Source of the DNA: an uncultured Collinsella sp.
GTDB lineage: Bacteria > Actinomycetota > Coriobacteriia > Coriobacteriales > Coriobacteriaceae
Assembly: GCA_900549185.1 (NCBI GenBank)
Contig: URNM01000001.1
Span: 1 to 55,039, forward strand
Length of the DNA: 55,039 nucleotides
Reading direction: 5' to 3'
Each line of letters opens with the position of its first letter. The stretch's first letter is position 1. The notes beneath the pieces are model-generated. The model did not search any database. It saw only the letters and a list, made by a program, of their open reading frames with translations, and was not told the origin of the DNA. Positions 1-8,373 of this stretch are shown piece after piece. Made by a program: the position numbers and the translations under genes.

Positions 1-594
1 CTGATGAAGGGTGATGAGGGAATCCGTTGTTTCGAGTTGCTTCGCTATCGCCCTTTGTTCCGGGATTTTTGGGCACCAAATAGGCATCTCGAAAAACGTT
101 GCATCGGAGATTGAAAACCTGTCAGACCTCGCCCCCGAATTGCCTTCGAGGAACATGAAATCATGCCACCTGGACGTTTTGAAATAGTGCTCTAAGTAGG
201 TTTTGTCCACGCTCTCATCTACCGAAAAAACTGTATACAGCGGGGACATGACACCCGCTCTGTTCAGGCGGTTTCTATTGATCGGACCGCAAGGCGCCGT
301 TACAGAAATCCTTGGGTTGTAGACGAAGTTGTCTGGTTGAACTACATAGTAACCACTGATATTCGCGTCGTTGGTAATGTCATGGTCGAAGTAGTCGAGC
401 TGGCTGATGACGCCTTGCTCTGCAGAATTTGTAAACGTCTCCGAAAGACCGCTGTCAGCGTTCTTGGTGGTTATCTTCTTGCTGAATTCACCAAGCTTAC
501 GCTGTTCCCAAGTTGAAACGAGGGGGCGCATGGTCGCATGCGTCCCCTCAGATAGACAAACTTTCGATTTCGCCTGTTCAAAAAAGCCGCTCAT
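1..594 (-). CDS. hsdS: Type I restriction-modification specificity subunit, partial (runs off window start)
   Basis: ATG at 594 overlaps the hsdR stop (ATGA). Hand translation MSGFFEQAK...STWEQRKLGEFSKK...FVYNPRIS...PEQRAIAKQLETTDSLITLHQ carries the HsdS conserved WEQRKLG and EQxxI...LITLHQ segments. Not in the ORF track. Confidence 0.9.
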   Translation of the reverse strand, partial: MSGFFEQAKSKVCLSEGTHATMRPLVSTWEQRKLGEFSKKITTKNADSGLSETFTNSAEQGVISQLDYFDHDITNDANISGYYVVQPDNFVYNPRISVTAPCGPINRNRLNRAGVMSPLYTVFSVDESVDKTYLEHYFKTSRWHDFMFLEGNSGARSDRFSISDATFFEMPIWCPKIPEQRAIAKQLETTDSLITLHQ

Positions 595-3500
595 TCGTCG
601 ATGTCGAAGCCGCCTTCCAGGATGAACTTCTTCAACAGTGCCGCCGCACGGGTGTTCACCTTGAACAGGGGAAGCGTCCTGCCTTCCTTCTGCTCAAAGA
701 AGGCCTTGGCGCGCGCCTTGTCCACCGAGTCCTTCAAATCGTCGAAGCGTCCGAACTCGTTAATGCTCGATTCCGTCAGGTCAAGCGCAGCCATGGTGGC
801 AAGAAGCCCGCCGTCTATGCCGAGCGCCTCGACGATTCGCTCGACTTGAGCGTTTTTCGCCTTGCGGGCATAGGACGTGATGTAATCCCTCAACGTCTTG
901 CCGTCTTCCAGGGCGACGTCCCCTCGCTCGACATCGTGAAGGAACAGCTCGGCGAAGCGCTGGTCATCCTGGTTTAGGGACGCGAACGATCGGTGGAGCT
1001 CCTCGCGCGCGGCGGCAAGACCCTCGTCATCCTGCTCAAGGCATTTCAGCCACTTCTCGAAGTTCGCGTTCATGTAGTCGCTGTCTATGAGCCCCGTGTC
1101 GATCTCGGTTATATGACCATCGAGCTCGTAGGGCGCTTCGGGCGCGTCGCCAGGCCCGCCCCCTCCTGCGAACAACTCCTTGTAGCGCTGCACGAGAATG
1201 AGATAGGTCCGCTCGTCGATGACCGGTTGCACGAAGAAGGACTTGCCCCTCGGCTCGCCTTCCTCCGGCTCCTCCTCAAACTCGTAGGTGTCCTGCTCCC
1301 ATGTGAAGCCCTGCACCTTCGCGGCCTCAAGGAACTCGTTGAGCTCAACGAACTCCTTGGCGAACTTGCGCCTGGCTTCCTGCGATGCGGGGAGCCTGGA
1401 GAGGTCTCCTACGCCAGCTGCTTCGAAGACCATGAGTATTTCCTGGAGGCGCGTATCCATCAACGCGATATTCTCCGGTAGCTTCTGGACGAACATATCG
1501 AGCGGGCGGTCTCCCGAATACAGCTTCACCGCCGCTTCGATATAGCCCTTCATAGTATGGGGTCGACGGTAATAGCGAATCGTGCCGAAAGGCTTGTCGG
1601 GCCCAAACAGGCGGTTCGTGCGGCTGAACGCCTGGATGATGCCCTCGTAGTGGATTACCTTGTCGAGGTAGAGAGTGTTAAGCCATTTGGAGTCGAAGCC
1701 CGTGAGCATCTGATCAACCACGATGAGCAGGTCGATGCGGGAATCCCGGTTGGTGTCGACGTTGGCGTAGGGTTTCTTGTGGGACAGACGAGCCGAGATA
1801 TCCTTCTTCATGGCGGGCCATGTGGGGATAGTGAACTCCTGGCCGTATGCCTTGTTATAGTCTTCTATGAGCTCGACCAAAGCGTCTTCCTTTACCGTGG
1901 AGCCGGCGTTGTTGTCGATGCTCGGGTCGAAAAGGGCAGTCACCTTCATCTGCGGGGCGCGCTCCTTGAAGGCTCGGTAGTAGTCGATTGCCTCTGGGAT
2001 GGAGTTTGTCGCCAAGATTGCATGGAACTTGTTGCCGTGGGAGAGCACCGGAAAGCGGCGCAGGATGTCCTCGACAACCTTTCCGTGATGCGGGGTGTCG
2101 GGCCAGTATTGGGCAGGAGTGAGGAAATCCTCGATTCCCTTGATATGGTTACCGGCACCGTCGACCATCGGCCCCATGGGAACCTTTGCCGAGTCCTTAT
2201 AGTAGTAGAAAACTTTGCTCTTTCGGTCGTCGGAAATGGCTTCGGCGACGGTTGCGGCTTTCGCCTGCTCCAGGGCAACCGCTTCGCGCACGTCATAGTC
2301 ATCGAACGTCGTCACCATGTAGGGGTCGAAGCCCAGCACATTGCCGTCGCGGATGCCGTCGGCGATGCTGTATCGGTGCAAGCATTCGCCGAACACCATG
2401 GCCGTGGTCGATCCCTTCTTCTGATTCTCGTCGAGGATTGGCGTTCCCGTGAAACCGAAGAAGAGGGCATTGGGGAAGGCACGACGTATGTCCTGGAGCA
2501 TGTCGCCGAAGGTGGATCGGTGGCATTCGTCAATGATAAATACGATACGTTTGCCAGCCAGGCGGTCGAGCTCAGCTTGGGTGATCCCCGTCTCGCCGGC
2601 CTTCAAGTTGCTCATCTTTTGGATAGAGGTGACGATAAGGCGATTCTTGGGGTCGTCACTAGCGAGCTTGGACTTGAGGACCTGCGTATTCTCAGTGCCC
2701 TGCACGTCGTCGGCGTCATCAGCGAAGGAGCGGTACTCCGAGAGCGACTGCGTGCCTAACTCGATACGATCCATGAGGAATACGACCTTGTCGGCATCAT
2801 GGGAGTCGGCGACAAGTTGGGCCGATTTAAAGCTAGTCATGGTTTTACCGGAGCCGGTGGTATGCCAGATATAGCCGCCGGGACGACCGGGCGTGCTGCT
2901 GTGCCGCGGCTCGTCCCATTTGCATCTGCGAACCTTGTCCGAGATGGCCGCGGCGGCATAGTACTGGTAGCTGCGCATGACTTTTAGGCAGCCATCCGAG
3001 CTGTCGGCCACGGTATAGAACCCAATGAGCTGATGTGCCATGGGAATGGAGAGCAGCGAAGAGGTGAAGCGCTTCCACTCGTCAGTACCGGGCTTGTCGC
3101 CCGCGCAGACGGGTTCGTTGTTGAAGTCTTCCCAGTGGAAGAAGAAGTTGGGGTTGAACGCGCCCGCTCCGGGGTTGGCGAAGTACCGCGCCTCGTCAGG
3201 GGTCATTCCTACGAAGATCTGCACCAGGCGGAAGAGTCCCGTGAACACACCTTCGTGCGCGTATTTTTCAATCTGGCCGGTTGCCTGGCTTACGGGCACG
3301 CCGCTGCGCTTAAGCTCGATATGGATGACGGGCATGCCGTTGATGAGCAGGCATAGATCACCGCGACGATCGTTAAGGATTTTGCTTTTTGCGGGATAGA
3401 TTGGCTGTTGGGCGATTTGGTAACGGCTTTGACCTGCAGCAATCTCTTGACGGTCGTAGATTTTCAGGCTGACTTCCTTGCCCAGGTGAAGGACGTCATC

Positions 3501-3791
3501 AGGGTTGTCGCGGGTGATGGCAATGGTTTTGCCGTTGATGAACCCGTTGAGCGCCAGCGGGGTCTTAAGCGTTTCGATTTGTTCGATGACCTGTGCCATC
3601 TCACCCTGCGTGAGTGGGCAGCCATTCAGGCGGTCTATGCCGGCATTGTTGTTAAACAGGATCTTCGCCCAGTTGCAGATAAGGTCCTGTTCGGTAGGGT
3701 AGCGAAGAACACCTTCTGCATCGTCCCAACCGTGCTGCTTCAACACAGCGATAACCGCTTCTTCGAACGAAGCTTCTTTATCGAAAACCAT
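591..3791 (-). CDS. hsdR: Type I restriction endonuclease subunit R
   Basis: 1066 aa; nuclease motif GDLCLLINGMPVIHIELK, Walker A HTTGSGKT, DECHRS, FTGTP, QAFSRTNR. Confidence 0.95.
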   Translation of the reverse strand: MVFDKEASFEEAVIAVLKQHGWDDAEGVLRYPTEQDLICNWAKILFNNNAGIDRLNGCPLTQGEMAQVIEQIETLKTPLALNGFINGKTIAITRDNPDDVLHLGKEVSLKIYDRQEIAAGQSRYQIAQQPIYPAKSKILNDRRGDLCLLINGMPVIHIELKRSGVPVSQATGQIEKYAHEGVFTGLFRLVQIFVGMTPDEARYFANPGAGAFNPNFFFHWEDFNNEPVCAGDKPGTDEWKRFTSSLLSIPMAHQLIGFYTVADSSDGCLKVMRSYQYYAAAAISDKVRRCKWDEPRHSSTPGRPGGYIWHTTGSGKTMTSFKSAQLVADSHDADKVVFLMDRIELGTQSLSEYRSFADDADDVQGTENTQVLKSKLASDDPKNRLIVTSIQKMSNLKAGETGITQAELDRLAGKRIVFIIDECHRSTFGDMLQDIRRAFPNALFFGFTGTPILDENQKKGSTTAMVFGECLHRYSIADGIRDGNVLGFDPYMVTTFDDYDVREAVALEQAKAATVAEAISDDRKSKVFYYYKDSAKVPMGPMVDGAGNHIKGIEDFLTPAQYWPDTPHHGKVVEDILRRFPVLSHGNKFHAILATNSIPEAIDYYRAFKERAPQMKVTALFDPSIDNNAGSTVKEDALVELIEDYNKAYGQEFTIPTWPAMKKDISARLSHKKPYANVDTNRDSRIDLLIVVDQMLTGFDSKWLNTLYLDKVIHYEGIIQAFSRTNRLFGPDKPFGTIRYYRRPHTMKGYIEAAVKLYSGDRPLDMFVQKLPENIALMDTRLQEILMVFEAAGVGDLSRLPASQEARRKFAKEFVELNEFLEAAKVQGFTWEQDTYEFEEEPEEGEPRGKSFFVQPVIDERTYLILVQRYKELFAGGGGPGDAPEAPYELDGHITEIDTGLIDSDYMNANFEKWLKCLEQDDEGLAAAREELHRSFASLNQDDQRFAELFLHDVERGDVALEDGKTLRDYITSYARKAKNAQVERIVEALGIDGGLLATMAALDLTESSINEFGRFDDLKDSVDKARAKAFFEQKEGRTLPLFKVNTRAAALLKKFILEGGFDIDE

Positions 3792-4153
3792 GGCAAAACC
3801 TATCTGCGAAATTGCAAAAAGCGTTTTTTACTTATTTCAAACATTATAGGTCCCGCAGCCATTTCCCCGGGATTGCCCGGGCCCTCTAAATTGACTGACA
3901 GGGCTTTTTGGAGCCGCTTCTGCCGCTCCGGACACCAATCAATGTCAACGGAGTAGCCCACCTCAATGGAATGTATAAAGCAAGCGCACGTTTACGCCTA
4001 AACTCATGCGACAAATTGAGCCCCGATGACTTGGATCTGAGGTCATTCCCGGGGACGCCGTAGGCAGTTGATCTGTATGCGTTAGTTCTATCAAATTGAC
4101 ATTGATAGCAGCGACCGCCCCGCACACTTCGCCCATCAGTTATAGTCGCCCCC

Positions 4154-4888
4154 CTACCTCCCCTCCGCCTTCAGCTTCAGCAGCAGGTCGCCCAGCTCGG
4201 GGCACTTGCTGGAAAGGCGCGTCTGGGGTCGCTCGCCCATCCCCCACCGCTGGCGGACTTCCTGGGCGTGCGGGCTCACACGGTAGTCCCCGTCCATCAT
4301 CTGTTTGAGTAGCTTGGCGGTCACGCGCGCATCGGCAAGGGCGCTGTGAGCGTGGCCCGTCGACTCGTCGAACTCGATGCCGAACCACGTTGCCGTATCG
4401 CTCAAAGAGACGCGCCCGTGGCTGCCAACGTCCATGATCGAGGTGTAAAACGCCTGCAGGTCGGCCCAGTCCGTAGGAAATGCGGAAAGATCGATGCGCT
4501 TTGCCTGGCACTCGGTCAAAAGCTGTCGACGGTCCGTCCCGCTCCAGCAAACTATCTGGGCGGAGTAGCGACCAATCCAATCGCCGAGCCTTTTGATAAC
4601 AGTACAGAGCGGATCGGCCATCGCAGTGTCCACGGCCGATATCCCCGTAAGCTCGCGGACGGGAAACGCAACGCCTTCGGTAAATTCCGTCTGCACAAAC
4701 TGCGAGAACTCGCCCATAACGTTGCCGTGGTAATCGAGCTTGACCGCGCCGACCTCAATAATCTCATTGCGCAGTCCACGGCGCTGGCGCTGCTTTGGCA
4801 CCGGCGCAAACTCAAAGTCCAGCACAATCTGGCGCGCAAAGTTCGTCGTATCGATAGCCGAGATACACGGCGTCTTTTCAGCTGACAC
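4154..4888 (-). CDS. DEDDh 3'-5' exonuclease (DnaQ/KapD-like)
   Basis: ExoI VLDFEF, EIIEVGAVK, ELTGIS, ExoIII AHSALADA; GTG start with GGAGAAAGG RBS. Confidence 0.85.
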   Translation of the reverse strand: MSAEKTPCISAIDTTNFARQIVLDFEFAPVPKQRQRRGLRNEIIEVGAVKLDYHGNVMGEFSQFVQTEFTEGVAFPVRELTGISAVDTAMADPLCTVIKRLGDWIGRYSAQIVCWSGTDRRQLLTECQAKRIDLSAFPTDWADLQAFYTSIMDVGSHGRVSLSDTATWFGIEFDESTGHAHSALADARVTAKLLKQMMDGDYRVSPHAQEVRQRWGMGERPQTRLSSKCPELGDLLLKLKAEGR

Positions 4889-4953
4889 GGTTATGGCCTT
4901 TCTCCGTCGCCTGCCGCCTGCTACATAGCTACATAGGCGGCTATATTGCCGTA

Positions 4954-4975
4954 AGGATAGGCGCCCGCGCGGACA
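4954..4975 (-). promoter_or_regulatory. Putative promoter TGTCCG-N10-TATCCT upstream of the exonuclease
   Basis: Same motif and spacing recur at 6100-6121; resembles the mycobacterial PafBC motif TGTCGG-N10-TANNNT. Confidence 0.5.
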
Positions 4976-5050
4976 TGAAATCGCCCAGCGCGGCCACCCG
5001 GCACCCTTGCGTAAAGCCGCGCTTTGAGATGGCCACGTCGCTGTTATTAG

Positions 5051-5064
5051 CGAACATATATTCG
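5051..5064. promoter_or_regulatory. LexA/SOS-box-like palindrome CGAACATATATTCG
   Basis: One mismatch to the Gram-positive GAAC-N4-GTTC core; overlaps the -35 region of the putative toxin promoter (extended -10 TGaTAGACT at 5082-5090). Confidence 0.45.
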
Positions 5065-5148
5065 TATTTATGACTGCAGTTTGATAGACTAGTTATTGTT
5101 GACGGCAGCTTCATGTGCCGGGCAGCGCCCTCCATGCGACGGGAGGTG

Positions 5149-5280
5149 ATGCCCATAACCGATCTGACTGATTTCGTGAAGCTCCTGACCGCTTTGGCCT
5201 CGCTCCTCACGGCGCTTATCGGGCTTACCGAGGCACTCAAGCAGCGTACGAAGCAGAAAAAGAGGGGTCGACGCCACTAA
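5149..5280 (+). CDS. Small hydrophobic peptide, candidate type I toxin (43 aa)
   Basis: MPITDLTDFVKLLTALASLLTALIGLTEALKQRTKQKKRGRRH*: hydrophobic helix plus basic tail; SD GGAGG at 5142-5146; below the ORF-track length cutoff. Confidence 0.7.
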   Translation: MPITDLTDFVKLLTALASLLTALIGLTEALKQRTKQKKRGRRH

Positions 5281-5340
5281 GGCATTGACCCCTTAATCGA
5301 AGTAACGGCGCTGCCCAGCTATCACCCTTGGGCTGCCGTC
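5257..5340 (-). ncRNA. Candidate antisense antitoxin sRNA (~85 nt)
   Basis: Minus-strand promoter TTGTTA-N17-TAGAAT (5375 to 5347); terminator stem 5263-5269/5287-5293 followed by a U-tract; overlaps the 3' end of the peptide gene. Confidence 0.6.
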
Positions 5341-5420
5341 GACCTTATTCTACCCACGGTTGCCAGGTTTAACAAATGGTTTTTCAGTCATGAAGACTCG
5401 ACGCTCGCCCGGCTCGTCCA

Positions 5421-6062
5421 CTACACCAGCCACCACTCAACATCCACGGAGCACTCGACCTCGATGGGTTCCGGATCCAGCACCGTTTCCCCAAGGCCTC
5501 CGGATGCCCCATCGGGAGCGCCCATGGCAGCGCAGTACACCCCACCATAATCCCCCGGCCGGCTGTTATACGAGATATGCTTGATGCCGCCCAGCTTAGT
5601 CCCCGCCGCCGCAGCAAGCGCCTGCGCATTACCGCGAGCGCGCTCGACAGCGCGGGCAATCAGGACGTCCTCCGCCGCGCGCTCATCCGCAAGTTCAAAT
5701 CGAATGTTCATGTCGGCATGCGATCCGCAGGTGTTGAGCGCCGTCCACACAGCCGCAAAGTCAATCGAATCGACAGGCGCGGCAACCGCGCCGTACGCAT
5801 AGTAGTCGTAGCCCACGATGGTTGCCCTTTTGCGCGTCGTCTGCGCATAGCAGGTGTACCGGCGACACGTTAACTCGTCATCTAGACCAAAGGGCGCCAG
5901 CGCAGCGGCGACCTTGGCGCGATCGGCGTTGTAATCGTCCAGGCACGCCTCCTTGGTATCAAAGCGGCCGCCAAAGCCAATGCTAAAGATCACGCGATCG
6001 GGCATGACCTTATCCTCGATCCGGGCACCAACGCTCACATAGCCGGTCTTATCCGTTGCCAT
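5421..6062 (-). CDS. SIMPL (DUF541) domain protein
   Basis: Pattern V.VGA...V.PD at the N-terminus, AVERARGNAQALAAAAGTKLGGIKHI, and P.PIEVECSVDVEW at the C-terminus; ATG 6062 with GGAAAGGA RBS. Confidence 0.8.
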   Translation of the reverse strand: MATDKTGYVSVGARIEDKVMPDRVIFSIGFGGRFDTKEACLDDYNADRAKVAAALAPFGLDDELTCRRYTCYAQTTRKRATIVGYDYYAYGAVAAPVDSIDFAAVWTALNTCGSHADMNIRFELADERAAEDVLIARAVERARGNAQALAAAAGTKLGGIKHISYNSRPGDYGGVYCAAMGAPDGASGGLGETVLDPEPIEVECSVDVEWWLV

Positions 6063-6099
6063 GACATCCGTCCTTTCCACGAATGACTACGTTGCAGTA

Positions 6100-6121
6100 A
6101 ACATAGCCGCCCGCGCGGACA
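6100..6121 (-). promoter_or_regulatory. Putative promoter TGTCCG-N10-TATGTT upstream of the SIMPL gene
   Basis: Near-duplicate of the motif at 4954-4975. Confidence 0.5.
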
Positions 6122-6152
6122 CAAAGTTGCGCGGCGGCGCCGCTGCGGGTCC

Positions 6153-6416
6153 TGGGACGCATGATCCATTTGAGGCCTCTACCGGAAAGCGAATCCCATT
6201 CTGAGCGGGGATTCTGGGACGTAGTTTCCGCATGCAGCCTCGTTGGGAAAGTTCATCCCGGTTTGGAGCCATAATCTGGAACACTGCTTCCGCCAGAGGT
6301 CCCAATCGGAAACGGCATCCCACTCTGGGGCCGAAATCTGGGACGCAGTTTCCGGTTGAGGGCTGTTCCGGAAAATGTATCCCATTCCGAGCGGCAATTC
6401 CAGGACGCAGTTTTCG
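6153..6416. repeat. Array A: 9 copies of a 16-bp motif (YGGGAYRCANTTTCCG) in alternating orientation, 14- and 16-nt spacers, 62-bp period
   Basis: Example: tgggacgcagtttccg-gttgagggctgttc-cggaaaatgtatccca-ttccgagcggcaattc. Confidence 0.9.
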
Positions 6417-6712
6417 CAGATACAAGATGACGATCCGCAGCCCTTATCGCATGCCTTCAAATATGCGATCCAGAACCACAAAACAGCAGATAGAATGCTC
6501 TTTTTCAAAAAAGTACACGTCCCGAAACTTACCAAGGCTTCATAACTAGCTACCGTTCAAGGGCGCCGATTACCGCCCACCGATTCAAACAAGAAATACG
6601 TCGCCAAAAGCAGGCCATCTACCTGCATGGTTAGATTTTGGTCAGCTTTTGGTCAGTTGAGCGGCAAGTTCCGGCTGATACGTTTTTGCTACCAAAAAGG
6701 AGGCGGTAGCTC

Positions 6713-7711
6713 ATGACCCATCGCAATGACCAACTCATCGATCAGCTGCTAACCCAAGCCGAACAAGAGGGGCGCTGTCTGATTCCCCCGAGCGCGGCGA
6801 TCCGAAAAGCGCTCCTTCGGCGCACCGGCAGCACGGTCGTCTCGCCCATGCAGGGACTGTTCGCGCGCAAAATGCGCTGGAATGAACTCGACCGGGCGCA
6901 GCGTCATTGCGAGATTATTCGCGCCCTTGCGATCATCCACCCCGATTGGACGTTCTGCTCGTTTTCGGCAGCTTGCCTGCTGGGGCTCGAGGTCTCGTGG
7001 CGGCATCTGAACGTTGTACATGTCTGCAGCTCGACAAAGCCGTCGGCTCGTCCGGGCACGCATATTCAGCGGCACCAGGTCGAGCCGGCCGGAGCAACAA
7101 ATCAAGCTGGCATATCGATAACGCCGCCCATCCAAACGGTCACAGATTGCCTGCTGCAAACTGGTTTTGCCGATGGTATGCCCATTGCCGATTCGGCGAT
7201 CTCAAAGCTTGGTCTAACGCGAGAGCGGCTGATGGGAGCAGTCGAAAAACGAGCGGGCGCTCGCAACGGTCGCGCGGTGCGCACTGCGCTCACCACGCTC
7301 CAATATGCTGACGCGCGTGCCGAGAGCGGTGGGGAATCGGTCGCTCGAGCCGTCATGATCGAAACGGGCTTTGCACCCGACCAGCTCCAATATAAGCTGA
7401 CGGACCCCTTCGATTCGACCGAGACCATGCGAACGGACTTTGCCTGGGAGCGCCAGGCGCGGGAGCTCACATTGGGAGAACTCGACGGGTTCGTCAAGTA
7501 TACCGACCAGGCCATGCTAGCCGGGCGCACCACCGCCGAGGCACTCGTTGCCGAACGACAGCGCGAGGCGCATCTATCGCTCTACGGTCACCCTCTGCTG
7601 CGCTTTACCATGAACGAGGTCCGCTCGGCAGGAATGCTCGCCAAAAAGCTGCAGACGGCAGGCATCCGGCAGACCGCGCTGCCGACATGGCTCAACGAGG
7701 TTGACCTGTAG
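6713..7711 (+). CDS. AbiEi-like N-terminal region plus DUF559/Vsr-like PD-(D/E)xK nuclease-fold protein
   Basis: WTFCSFSAACLLGL, ITPPIQTVTDC, ADARAESGGES, RTDFAW...GELDGFVKY...ERQREAHL...LLRFT; AAGGAGG RBS. Confidence 0.75.
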   Translation: MTHRNDQLIDQLLTQAEQEGRCLIPPSAAIRKALLRRTGSTVVSPMQGLFARKMRWNELDRAQRHCEIIRALAIIHPDWTFCSFSAACLLGLEVSWRHLNVVHVCSSTKPSARPGTHIQRHQVEPAGATNQAGISITPPIQTVTDCLLQTGFADGMPIADSAISKLGLTRERLMGAVEKRAGARNGRAVRTALTTLQYADARAESGGESVARAVMIETGFAPDQLQYKLTDPFDSTETMRTDFAWERQARELTLGELDGFVKYTDQAMLAGRTTAEALVAERQREAHLSLYGHPLLRFTMNEVRSAGMLAKKLQTAGIRQTALPTWLNEVDL

Positions 7712-7754
7712 GGACTGCTGAGCCACGCATTGCCGGATCGCATCCCCCCCTATC

Positions 7755-8264
7755 TGGGCCGCGTTTTCCCAACGGCCACGCCAACGGAAAGCGCGTCCCA
7801 GCCTGGACGCTCAAAACGGGATGCACTTTCCGGATGGCGGGCCTAGCGGAAAGCGTGTCCCGGAATCCCGCCTCAGAACGGGACAGACTTTCCGGATGAA
7901 GCACTCAACGGAAACGGCATCCCGGAATAGACGCTCAAACTGGGATACATTTTCCGCTGAGGTTCCATCCGGAAACCGTGTCCCACTCCGAGCGTCAATT
8001 CTGGGATGGACTTTCCGCCAGAGGGTTCAGCCGGAAACGGCATCCCACTCTGAAGCGAAATTCTGGGACGCAGTTTCCGGTTGAGGGCTGTTCCGGAAAG
8101 TGTGTCCCATTCCAGACGCGGATTCCGGGATGCACTTTCCGTTTGAAGCTCCAACCGGAAAGCACATCCCACTCTGGAGCCGAATTCCGGGATGCACTTT
8201 CCGCTAGAGGCTCAAAAGGAAAGCGCATCCCACTCTGAGCGCCAATTCCGGGATGCAGTTTCCG
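7755..8264. repeat. Array B: 17 copies of the same 16-bp motif in alternating orientation, 13-14 and 16 nt spacers, 61-62 bp period
   Basis: Example: cgggatgcactttccg-tttgaagctccaac-cggaaagcacatccca-ctctggagccgaattc. Confidence 0.95.
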
Positions 8265-8272
8265 CTCCAAAC

Positions 8273-8304
8273 AAAAGGCCCCAGCTCGCGATGGAGCTGG
8301 GGTC
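8273..8304 (-). terminator. Intrinsic terminator of the xdh operon
   Basis: aaaa-ggccccagctc...gagctggggtc hairpin. Confidence 0.65.
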
Positions 8305-8373
8305 AAAGGCGCAGCGTATGCAGTTGATGCTGAGCGCGAACAGCCCGTCAGTAATGACCGTCCGCGCTCTACC

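Noticed and set aside
3886..4125. 79-aa ORF between hsdR and the exonuclease
   Set aside because: No RBS or recognisable motif; could be a remnant but cannot be supported.
6713..7711. Complete type IV (AbiE) toxin-antitoxin pair
   Set aside because: No adjacent AbiEii nucleotidyltransferase gene; only the repeat array follows.
6153..8264. Arrays A and B as CRISPR arrays
   Set aside because: The repeats are 16 bp and alternate in orientation, the spacers are only 13-16 nt and related to each other, and no cas genes are present.
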